In this document: positions 50,541 through 61,600 of the stretch, piece after piece
Layout of the letters: each line of letters begins with the position of its first letter
Numbering within the stretch: the stretch's first letter is position 1
Origin: Hormiphora californensis
Lineage: Eukaryota; Animalia; Ctenophora
DNA length: 64,000 nt
Direction of reading: 5' to 3'
Assembly (NCBI GenBank): GCA_020137815.1
Contig: CM035352.1
Location: 5,022,001 to 5,086,000 of the forward strand
The notes under the pieces: model-generated
What the model saw: the letters and a program-made list of their open reading frames with translations, nothing else
Databases searched by the model: none
Told to the model about the DNA's origin: nothing
Program-made: the position numbers and the translations under genes

Positions 50541-52460
50541 CTATGGATGGTGATCCCTCATGTGTGCCTGGTAAGCCTCATTACAATCACTCAACTGCAT
50601 ACAGTCCTCGGACACTGCAAACTTATAGAGGACCACAAATACGAGGAGATGTAGAGCGATAGTATAGAAAAACACTCCATTTCGTGCTATCTTGTCTGAC
50701 AGAATCATTTTACCCAACCCGAGAGTAACCCGCTCGGCGGAACTTAAAGCGGCGTATTTCCTCTGTTTCTCTCGTTTATTGAAGGCCGAGAACGGATCAA
50801 GCTGTGCCTCGTATTGAGATGAATATTTGGTGGTAATGTCATCATTGTGTTCCGAGGTGTTTGGCGTTGCCGTAGCGACCGTCTGAAGGAACTTGATTCG
50901 TTCATACAACTTCATATTATCGTTCCGGAGTGTCGAGTTGTCTTGCTGTAACACTGCATAACTTGTCTTCAAACTGTTGTAGTCATTCTCGATCACCTCG
51001 CACTTGGCTCTAAACCGCTCCCGTTGGCTGGTCACTATGGCAAGCATGTCCATGTTACCTGGAGACTGCTCTTGGTGTTGCTCCTTTATCAAACTTTCTG
51101 TTGATTTCACCACGAGACTTGGTTCCCCGTCCCCGTCCCCTCGAACCCTGTGTGCCTGTAACTGTGTCAGATCTTCCTCTAACTGTTTAACAAGTGCAGC
51201 CTTTTCCTCACTATCGCTGCGAATGTATTCCATGTCATTTTGGAGGCCAGTAATCTTCGTGTTGGCATTATGAACTTCAAGTCGAAGGTTAGAATTCTCC
51301 GCTTGGAGGGTTTTGTTCTTCTCCAACAAGAGTACCTCTAGAGACTTGTCTTTGTGGTCAGTCTCCCCAAACTCAATGCTACGTAGGATGCCCAGCTCCT
51401 TTTTTATTTCTTCATAGTCCTTCCTAGCATTCAACTCAGCCTGCATCTCACTCTGCACCAGGCGAAGTCTCGCCAACTCTTGGTCAAAGTTTGTCGATCG
51501 AGACCGGAGTTCAGAATCTTTTTTGGCAAGTTCTGTCTGTAAACCATGAGTTTCCTCCACTAACCGGATTATTTCTGATTCTTTGTTCTTGACCTCAACA
51601 TCCATCAGCCTATTTCTTGCTTTCAGGTCGGATATCTCACTATCGATATGTTCCTTGCTTGACGATTGCTGAATGGTTTCAATGATGTGGCCACTCTGGT
51701 TGAGCTTCTGATTGGCAATGTCAAGGTCTGATAAATAGAGCTCAATCTCAGCATTCTTCGTCCGTATATCTTCTTCATACCTCGATTTCAGCTCAAAGAG
51801 TTCCGTTTCTGCAGTCTCCAATGACTGTTGAAGCTTGGCAAGGAGAGCTCCACTTTCCTCTGCTTTGAGAGCGAGCTCGGTGTTACTTTCTTGGAGTTGA
51901 GATTCTTTGAACTGAAAATCTTTAACGAGGGCATCTTTAGTTTCAGATAATCGGAGCTGAACCTGCCGATCAAAATCGTCCTCAACATCTTCCAGCCGTT
52001 TTCTCAGTGCACTCAGCTCGATGTCCTGTGATTTATATTGTGCAAACTGCATGTTATACTGTTCTAGAGTCTCACGCAGCTGTTTCTTCTCAAGTTCAAG
52101 ATCTGTCATCGAGGATAACTTTTGTCGGTTGGCGAGAGCTTGGTCTAACACAGGAGTGGGGTCCGGGGCATCCCCGATCTTTCTGTAAAGACTGAGAAAA
52201 CTCGCTTCGGCTCCCTTACTACGCTTGGTAAGACTGTCTATTTCCCCTTGAAATGCTTTCATAAGGGGTGCCACACACTTTCTAGTCTCATCTGGGGCTG
52301 TTTTCTTGAATTCTTTACTCATCTCGATGAGCCGTTTCCGGCCAGCCTCAGCCTCATCCTGTCGTTTTGCAATGTCCCCCGCTGCCTCGTACAGCACACG
52401 CTGAACAGTGACCAGGTCAAAACCATCCCAAAAGTCACGACATCGCTCAAATGAGGACAT
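50541..52460 (-). CDS. Golgin CASP (CUX1 alternatively spliced product / yeast Coy1 homolog), single coding exon, 639 aa
   Basis: N-terminus FWDGFDL...RKRLIEMSKEFKK...FQGEIDSLTKRSKGAEASFLSLY...APDPTP; SLEVLLLEKNKTLQ; CASP_C IVTSQRERFR, LRNDNMKLYERIKFLQ, YEAQLDPFSAF; TM helix FFYTIALHLLVFVVLY with the conserved Y and H. Confidence 0.93.
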   Translation of the reverse strand: MSSFERCRDFWDGFDLVTVQRVLYEAAGDIAKRQDEAEAGRKRLIEMSKEFKKTAPDETRKCVAPLMKAFQGEIDSLTKRSKGAEASFLSLYRKIGDAPDPTPVLDQALANRQKLSSMTDLELEKKQLRETLEQYNMQFAQYKSQDIELSALRKRLEDVEDDFDRQVQLRLSETKDALVKDFQFKESQLQESNTELALKAEESGALLAKLQQSLETAETELFELKSRYEEDIRTKNAEIELYLSDLDIANQKLNQSGHIIETIQQSSSKEHIDSEISDLKARNRLMDVEVKNKESEIIRLVEETHGLQTELAKKDSELRSRSTNFDQELARLRLVQSEMQAELNARKDYEEIKKELGILRSIEFGETDHKDKSLEVLLLEKNKTLQAENSNLRLEVHNANTKITGLQNDMEYIRSDSEEKAALVKQLEEDLTQLQAHRVRGDGDGEPSLVVKSTESLIKEQHQEQSPGNMDMLAIVTSQRERFRAKCEVIENDYNSLKTSYAVLQQDNSTLRNDNMKLYERIKFLQTVATATPNTSEHNDDITTKYSSQYEAQLDPFSAFNKREKQRKYAALSSAERVTLGLGKMILSDKIARNGVFFYTIALHLLVFVVLYKFAVSEDCMQLSDCNEAYQAHMRDHHP

Positions 52461-53624
52461 ACGAACCTGGAAAGATGAATTGGAAGATTACTTTTATTAC
52501 TACAAATTGGAATTAGTGATGAATATTCAGAGAACAAACTGGAGCGTGGTTGGGTCAGACTTCAGAGCCCAGAGAACGACAGAACGGAGTACCCTGATTA
52601 TTTATTATTATTATTAAATCTAAAAATGTATACATTGCATACATACTGAGACCGGTTTTAAATCCCATTTACTTTCGGAAGAAGCTGAAACTTCTAAGAA
52701 TTATCCAATATAAATGAGTCTAAGGCCGGCAATACAATAGGGGCTTAAATTCTAAAATTGGACAGGACTTGGAACTATGCAGAGGCCGTCAAAAACCCCA
52801 ACACCGATTTGCATCACTTTCCAGCAGCCAAAGAGAAGCTACCGAAGAGAGAAAGGTGTAACCTTATGTAGAGTTAATCGCAATTAGTCTCACGTTACAG
52901 TTTACACTGGAGAACTGCAGCTTCAAAGTTCAAAAGATTTCGGAAACGGGAAACGGACAATTTGTTGGCAAACGTTGCTGTTCTGCGCCACGCGCAGCGC
53001 GGGATAAGGCAGCGCTTTTCAAGACAATTTGAAAAGTTCAGTTTGAAAAATTTTGAAAACGCGATTCATGAATTCAGTTCACGATTATGCGCTGCATTGT
53101 GTGGCGCGCCACAAATCAAGCGCCGCGCAACTCAGCTCAATTTCAGCTCAGTTCTCCAAGAACCCAAATTGGGCGCGATTATAATCTGGGTGCCTTGCAG
53201 CGAGTTTACAGGTGCGCGCTGCCAAAAAAGTACACCTAAAACCACTTAGACCGACTTTTTTCAAACGGCTATAGCCGCGCAACCACATGGCCGATTTGAG
53301 TAAACTAAACGGTATCTGATAGAGAATCGATAGCCCTAACCGATAACCCCAAACCAAACCCTAACCCGACCCTAACAACAGCCCTAACCCGTCGCGCGCG
53401 CCAAAATCGATGAATTGTTAGCAATGAAAGGCACCCAGATTTTAACGTTTTCCACCCAAATTTGCCAAAATTTCAAATTTAAGGCGAATATTTCAAGATT
53501 TGAGAGCTCGTTTTGTGTTTTAGTCTTTCACCACTCCTCTATTGGCCTTCTGACAGATCTTTTAGATCATATATATAAAGTTGTTGCGTTCAGTCCACGA
53601 ATATTGCATTCTAAACCATTCAGG

Positions 53625-55680
53625 ATGCTCCAAGCCCGCCGCCTGACATCCCTGGTGGGGGCTCTCCGACGATCCAAGTGGACTGGATGTGAACCCCTGT
53701 CGGAGAGTGACCCCCAGATGTATGATCTTCTCACGAAAGAGAAGCGACGGCAAATTGAGGGTCTGGAGCTCATTGCCTCGGAAAACTTTACGACGCGGGA
53801 CGTCCGTGAAGCGGTGGGAAGCTGTGCCACGAACAAATATGCAGAGGGTTACCCTGGAGCACGGTACTACGGGGGCTGCAAATATGTCGACCAGATTGAG
53901 GAACTCTGCAAGCAGAGAGCCATGGAGACATTCAGGTAGGAACATGATAATTTCAAATACTAATCATCGAGTAAAGACATCGACTCTAGAACGCACCCTT
54001 TTTTCTTTTTTTATAGCTCTAACACATCCTCATTATCTAGGCTTGACAAGGATAGGTGGGGATGCAACGTGCAACCTTACTCCGGTTCACCTGCCAACTT
54101 GGCAGTCTATACCGGCGTCCTGAAGCCTCATGACCGAATTATGGGCCTTGACCTCCCTGCCGGTGGACATTTAACACACGGGTTAGTAGCGCTGATATCA
54201 TGTTTCATATATTATCATGATAATGTCTGTCTGTGTAGACTGTAGAAAGTGTGTAGACTGTAGAAACTAGAGAAGTGTTTCATATTTTACCAATGATTCC
54301 CTACAGCTACATGACTGACACTAAGAGGATCTCAGCTACAAGTATCTTCTTCGAGAGTATGCCTTATGGTGTCACTGAAAAAGGTATGAGATACAAAATT
54401 GTTCCTTTGCATATAATATGCATAGATATAAACTTGTCTGAGGCCACAACCAACTTTATTTGAAGCCCCATCCAATTTTATCTCCAGTCTAGTGTTTAGT
54501 AACAAAGTAATTAATATATTAATTACTTGATAATATATGTCAAGTACTAATATCCGCCATCTGTCCAGGAATAATTGACTACGACAAGCTGCACATGACA
54601 GCCAAGTTGTTCCGACCCAAGATCATCATTGCGGGGTACAGCGCCTACCCTCGTCTCATTGACTACAAACGGTTCAGGGAGATCTGTGACGATGTGGGAG
54701 CTTACCTTCACAGTGACATGGCCCATATTACCGGTAATTGATGTTTATCTTTCTTGTTCTCTAGGCCAGGAGTATGACGTCGATATTTCGTTAAAAAGTA
54801 ACTACTAAATGACAAATGTAGTTCTACTTCCAGGGCACTCCAATGGGTCCCTAGAACCACCAAGTAAATTGCTGTTTGTCTTTCTCTTTCTCTCTCCCTG
54901 ACGTCAGCCATTATTATAACTCGTTTATACTTATAAATATTCATTTGATTCCCTTGCCTTGCTCGATTCTCAATCTCCCCTCGCCACAGGTCCCCCCAGG
55001 TTTCATGTTTACTAATATTATTCCCCCTCTCCAGGTCTCGTTGCTGCTGATGTCATCAATGACCCCTTTGAGTACTCAGACATTGTGACATGTACTACCC
55101 ACAAATCCCTCCGGGGACCCCGGGGCGGCATGATATTCTACCGAAGGGGTGTACGTTCAGTCACCAAGAAGGGTGTAGAGGTGATGTTTGATCTCGAGGA
55201 TAGGATCGATTTCTCCCTTTTCCCCTCTCTCCAGGGTGGCCCCCATATGCATACAATTAGTGGCCTCGCTGTGGCACTGAAGAACGCACAGAGTGCAGAG
55301 TTCAAGGAGTATCAGCTCCAGGTAAATGAGGGAGTGTGCTGTGTGTCATTGTATGTTGTTGTTTTTCTCTGGGTCACGTACCACCAAAATACGAAATTAC
55401 CCTTACCTAGCCGTATGATATACCTACGCCAATTAGTGTCCTAGGTTGTCTAGTCAGTGACTTTATCAGGTTTTGAGAAATGCTAAAGCGCTCGGAGATG
55501 AACTGCAGAAATGAGGCCATAGATTGTCAGAGATGGGATCGGGAACACTCAGATGGTGATAATGGATAGTAGAATCAAAGGGAATAGGTAAAAAAAATGC
55601 TGTCATGCGTTTGGTTAAAAGAGTGAGAGTATCGCTCCTAGAGAGAGAGCGGAGAGAGAGAGAGGAGAGAGAGGAGAGAG

Positions 55681-55729
<49 letters not shown>

Positions 55730-58350
55730 GAGAGAGCGAGAGATCTGGCTATAGGAGTAGATCGAGCTAGAGAGAGAGATCTGGAAGATCGATAGAGAGA
55801 AGCTCTCTCTCTCTCTATGTCTATCTATCTCGATATCTCTATATCTCTTCTATATCTGATATCTCTCTCCTCTCTCCGCTCGCCTTTGCTCTAGCAGTCA
55901 CTCCTTATGTCTATGTGTGACTTGGTGTATTGTGTCTGTAACTTGTGATTCGCTGACCACTTTGCATGGTATTATTTGTGTATGCAGAGGGAGAAAAGCA
56001 AACATGTCGTGTAAAATGACGGTTAGAGAGAAAGGTGGGGAGCTGCGTAGAAAAAACATCTGGTAGCACAGTAAATATATTATATGCGAGAAGAGGAGAG
56101 AAACTGGGAGCGGAGTAGAGTGATTTGATACAAAGCATGAAAGAAGTAGAGAAGAGTGGTGGAGAATGATGGGCCCGGGGCGGAAGAAAAAGTGTCAAAA
56201 TACGAAATAAGAAAGTAGATGTGCCACGACAGCACTTAGATTTTTAAATTTAGCCCCTTTGAAAATTCGCGCCCTCAAACAAAAGAAACTTGACGTATTA
56301 ACCCCCCCCTTTCAGTTCCTTTACCTTTATCTCCCTCTTTCAAACACCCAACTCTATTTTAAATTAGAAAGATAAAAATTAATTTTAAAATGAGGTTAGT
56401 AGGGGGGGGTAATTTAAATATTCGAAGCATAGCCCCCCATACATTACCCCTGACCCCCCTTCCCCCTCCAGATGGTGCCCGAGTGGACGCACTGCTGGGA
56501 CATGCCCACATCACAGCCAACAAGAACACCTGTCCTGGTGACAAATCAGCCCTGGTCCCAGGAGGCCTCATTTTGGAAACCCGCCCTCCCTCCGAGGTTT
56601 CAAGAGGAAAATGCGAGGGGTGCAAGGTTCATGATGGGGGGAAGTTTGCCCTGAACCCAAACCAAAGAGGGTAAAAACGGTGACCAATTTTCAAGCGGGT
56701 TTATTGTGAATGACGGGAGACGGGCGAGATGGGAATTGGGGTAGGGTTTGGAGTATGCGAAGATTTCCTTTCCCGGGGGAAGCTGTATAAAGGAAAGAGA
56801 TGGGGAAGGGGAGAGGGGGGGAGGGGGGAGGGGAAAAAGGGGAAAAAGAGAAAAGGAAAAAAGAAAGAGAAAAGGGGGAAAAAAAGGGGGGAAAAGGAAA
56901 AGGGGGGAAGGGGGGGGAGAGACGGGGAAAAAAAGGGGGGGAAAAGGGAAAGGGGGAGAGGGGGGGGGGGGGAGAAGAAAAAGAGAGAGAGAAAAGAAAA
57001 AGGGGGGGGCCCAAAAAAGGGGGGGGGGGGGAAAAGGGGGGAAAAAAGAAAAAAAGGGGGGGGAGAAGGAAAGAGAGGGGAGAGGAGAAGGGGGAAAAAG
57101 AAAAGGGGCGGAAGGAAAAGGGGGAAAAAAAACCCCGAGGGGAAAAAAGGGGGAAAAAAAAAAAACAAACCCAAAAAAAAAAAAGGGAAAGGGAAAAGGG
57201 GGGAAAAAAAAGGGAAAAAAAACGAGGGGGGGGAGGACGAAAGGGGGGAAAAAAAGAAAGGGGGAAAAGAAGAGGGAAGGGGGGAAAGGAAGGAAAAAAA
57301 GGGAAGGGGAAATTTTCGCCAATTGGTTCATTTCCAAGGGGATTTGGGGTCGTGTTTAAAGGGGGTTTTTTTTTAAAAACAAAAAAAATTTTTTTTCAAC
57401 CCCCTTTTTAAATTCTTTATTCATTTTGCAGTTTATATTCGTGCCCCTCACTTTGTTAATGCAACTCGTCGTCTGTGATTATACATCCAACTTTCAGTTT
57501 TTAAATAAAAACACCGAGTTTTTTTTTCCCTTTTGCACGGTTTTAGAGATGATACCCCAGGGTTTTGGGGTTTTTGCAAATTATATCGGGAACCGCCCCC
57601 GAATCAGGAAATATGACCCCTGATTTTTTTAATTGGTGATAACCAGTCACGTGACCTAAAAAGGTTTTGTTTAGTTTTATTTGTGTCGGTGGGTTCCTAA
57701 AATATATGATTTGATTTTGTCCATGTGAAAGGTAGGGGTGTTTCTCGACATGTTTTACATGTATCACCCCCAAGCAACCCCCCCCTCCGCCTTCAATCAC
57801 TCTTTTTTTAACCCTCTGTTTAAATGGCTTACTACATACAAATCCGTCCCACAACCAGGGCAGTTCTCCCATCAACAGCATTCCCTCCTTTTAGATACCT
57901 CCCCAAAACGAAAAAAAAAAAAAAAAAAAAACCCCCAAATAAGTAAAAAAAAAAAGAAAACCCAAAAAAAAAGGAAAACAAAAAAAAAAGTAAAAAAAAA
58001 ACATAAACCCCAAAAAACCGGGGGGGAACCCCCAAAATCATACCCCAAATCCCCCCCAAAATCCCCCCGGGGACCCCCCATCTCCCCCCTGACCCCCCAT
58101 AATTACCCCCCTACCCCCTGACCCCCCCACCATACCCCCGTGACACCCCAATACCCCACCATACCCCCACCTCCCCCCATGCCCCCTCACCTATATCCCC
58201 CACAGACGGGTGTACATAGACACATAGGAGAAGGGGGCCTCACATCCCAACATGTAGAGTTACCGGGGACTTTGCCCCGGGGGTGCCCCCGGTGGGGTCC
58301 GGTTTGGTCCCCATCCCCCACATTCGAGGGTGTAATGAGGAACATTTAGA
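53625..58350 (+). CDS. SHMT2: Serine hydroxymethyltransferase, mitochondrial; 3' exons lie in low-quality sequence
   Basis: Transit peptide [16 protein letters not shown]; [52 protein letters not shown]-lysine motif [41 protein letters not shown]. 3' end is approximate. Confidence 0.93.
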
Positions 58351-58500
58351 GATTTTCCCCGGATTGTTGACAGTGTGGGGTTTTAATGGACGGGGGGTTT
58401 GGTAGGGGGGGATTGGGGAGAGAGGGAGGTTAGAGAACTGGAGAGGATGGTCCGGAATGTTGCAGTACAATTAGCTGAACCCGGATCTTGGTCAGACATT
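56280..58500. other. Low-quality consensus (homopolymer-inflated G/A and C/A runs)
   Basis: Recognisable elements here (hAT MITE at 57588-57698, SHMT exons) carry many homopolymer-type errors. Confidence 0.85.
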
Positions 58501-58680
58501 TGATTGGACGTATATCGTGTGTATTTTTGTGTATTTTAGTACTGTGATCACTGATGTTTTTTTACTGTTTTTATGGATTTTTGATGGAATATCCTTCGTT
58601 TAATTTTGGAAACACCCCCGGCCCTTCAACTACTATACTAAGTATTATCATCAATTACCCCGTGTTATTAGCGTGTTGTA

Positions 58681-61600
58681 ATGAGTGCCTTGCGAGCAGC
58701 CCTCAGACCTGTATGTAGGATGGTGGCGGGGTCTACACTACAGAGAACTACTACACCTGCTACCCTCCTTGCTCCCGCCTCCTTGATTGCTCCTTCACGC
58801 CGCTTTTTATCCCAAGGTACTGATTCAGGTTCGTCACACCCACTAACACACACCCACCACGGTGCCCCTGAAGGACGTTCCACCTCGACCGAGCCCCCCA
58901 AAAAACGAACGGTTGTGTGACCTAAAGGGGACCTCTGGGAACTACGCAGGACCGTGGGGGAAAATATATCATAGTAGCCTAAGGAGAAAATCGCATTTTC
59001 CCTCACACTGGCCAAATTCTACATTCCACACTTTCAAATCTTATTTTTTCGGCCAAAATCAAGTCACCCTAGGGTTTTTTGACACGCCGAATCGATTGCC
59101 GCTGGAATTGGAACTCTAAATCCACGGCAACATTGTTAAAATGGCGTTTTTAGGGGTTTTTTTGCGCTTTTTTGCCCTGAACTGCATTTATATGACGAGT
59201 GAGACTTCTGACTATATTTTTAAAGTGTTCCTCGGTCGATTTTCTTCCCGATTCCAAATTTTTGTGAAAATCGGTTACCAAGTAGATAAACTGTTAAAAA
59301 TACAGCACTAATGAAAAATGACTGTTTCAGATGAGAACAATGTGACGCTCATACCTTTCCAAGTAGATCTCTTCCCAGGCAAGAAACAGTGCTACTGGTC
59401 GATCAAAACATGACTTCTACATTCCCTAGAGGATAGGAGGGAGTGGAACATGGTGAGTACAAAATTAAAATTGATTGCCAAGTTACATTAATTGTTAGAC
59501 AGGATTAAATGTACGCAACCGGGTATAAAAAATTAAAAGTGTAAATGGTATAGTCATAAATAGTTTGTAATGCTGTGAGTCTATACATGAGAAGCGTTAT
59601 AAGCTAGCCCCGCTCTTCCCAGCTGCAGTTTGTAGTGGGGCGAGGTCATGTTGTTCACTTTGTAGTTGGACCACAGTGCATTCCAACTAGAATGTGCGTT
59701 CTCCAGCTCCTGCTCGGAGAACATCCCTAGAGGCCTACCCAAGTTATAATCTATGAACTCCTCCAAATGTTCCTCAATGATGTGGAACTTGGTGGTGGTG
59801 GATGTTCCATAGTAGGCCCTAAGTGTGGAGAGGCAATCCCTGAACTCCTGTATTGCCGACCTGTATCCTGATTGGAGAGAGGGTGGTAGATGCTACATTC
59901 GGACCATGATTTAGTGGCACCCCAATTTAGTGGCATCCCGATTTAGTGGTCAAAACCCTTTCCCGCAAGGATGTCCGAATGTAGCATCTACCACCCTCTC
60001 TCCAATCAGGATACAGGTCGGCAATACAGGAGTTCAGGGATTGCCTCTCCACACTTAGGGCCTACTATGGAACATCCACCACCACCAAGTTCCACATCAT
60101 TGAGGAACATTTGGAGGAGTTCATAGATTATAACTTGGGTAGGCCTCTAGGGATGTTCTCCGAGCAGGAGCTGGAGAACGCACATTCTAGTTGGAATGCA
60201 CTGTGGTCCAACTACAAAGTGAACAACATGACCTCGCCCCACTACAAACTGCAGCTGGGAAGAGCGGGGCTAGCTTATAACGCTTCTCATGTATAGACTC
60301 ACAGCATTACAAACTATTTATGACTATACCATTTACACTTTTAATTTTTTATACCCGGTTGCGTACATTTAATCCTGTCTAACAATTAATGTAACTTGGC
60401 AATCAATTTTAATTTTGTACTCACCATGTTCCACTCCCTCCTATCCTCTAGGGAATGTAGAAGTCATGTTTTGATCGACCAGTAGCACTGTTTCTTGCCT
60501 GGGAAGAGATCTACTTGGAAAGGTATGAGCGTCACATTGTTCTCATCTGAAACAGTCATTTTTCATTAGTGCTGTATTTTTAACAGTTTATCTACTTGGT
60601 AACCGATTTTCACAAAAATTTGGAATCGGGAAGAAAATCGACCGAGGAACACTTTAAAAATATAGTCAGAAGTCTCACTCGTCATATAAATGCAGTTCAG
60701 GGCAAAAAAGCGCAAAAAAACCCCTAAAAACGCCATTTTAACAATGTTGCCGTGGATTTAGAGTTCCAATTCCAGCGGCAATCGATTCGGCGTGTCAAAA
60801 AACCCTAGGGTGACTTGATTTTGGCCGAAAAAATAAGATTTGAAAGTGTGGAATGTAGAATTTGGCCAGTGTGAGGGAAAATGCGATTTTCTCCTTAGGC
60901 TACTATGATATATTTTCCCCCACGGTCCTGCGTAGTTCCCAGAGGTCCCCTTTAGGTCACACAACCGTTCGTTTTTTTGGGGGGCTCGGTCGAGGTGGAA
61001 CGTCCTTCAGGGGCACCGTGCCACTAACATCGCACAGTTTTTAGTAAATTCACATTTATTTGTACATAAAACAGAACAAATGATATGTTTTCCTTTGCTT
61101 TCATGGTGAGTGGTGTCCAGGAACCGACCCAATCAGGAAATACTGGTCCCTGATTGGCTAATAACCAGTCACGTGACCTAAATAACGAGTTCTGATTGGT
61201 TGTTTCGGTCGGTTCCTGGTGGTGTCACAATCAATATATTCCGCACAGCACCGGTTCGGAGAGGGTGGTCTAATCACAACTAATCACTGTATTATTGCCC
61301 CCCAGATTCCGCACTGGTATCAGCGCTGTCCAATGAAATACAACACGAGGACGGTGCTGGTTCTGCACCTACATTACCGGGGGAGCTATCAGAGTTCAAG
61401 TATACCATGCAGGGTGCTAGTATTATACTGTCGAAACAGTTCCAGGATGAGAAGATTGCGGTTAGTGTTATAGAGCTCCACGGTGGGCCTCTCCTTAGTT
61501 GGTAGTTAGAACTTCATGGGCTCCCACTACCTAGTTAGAACCACACTCAAACTCTCTTTACCCCCCTGAGAAGTGAGAACCACACTCCCCATGTAACAAT

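Noticed and set aside
53331-53390. Telomere-like CCCTAA motifs
   Set aside because: Only four scattered copies, not an array; likely part of a dispersed repeat.
55470-55560. In-frame TGA and frameshifts in a SHMT2 exon (pseudogene or recoding?)
   Set aside because: It lies where sequence quality starts to degrade and the upstream exons are intact, so a consensus error is more likely. Needs a read check.
56600-58130. Long overlapping ORFs (200-245 aa, GK-rich or FP-rich) and apparent G-quadruplex tracts
   Set aside because: Sequencing or consensus artefact of a GA-rich repeat; known elements in the same stretch are visibly corrupted.
58858-58906. RAG-type RSS (heptamer CACGGTG plus nonamer-like CCAAAAAAC)
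   Set aside because: The spacer is 33 bp rather than 12 or 23, both ends are identical, and the TSD and transposase motif fit Chapaev rather than a RAG transposon.
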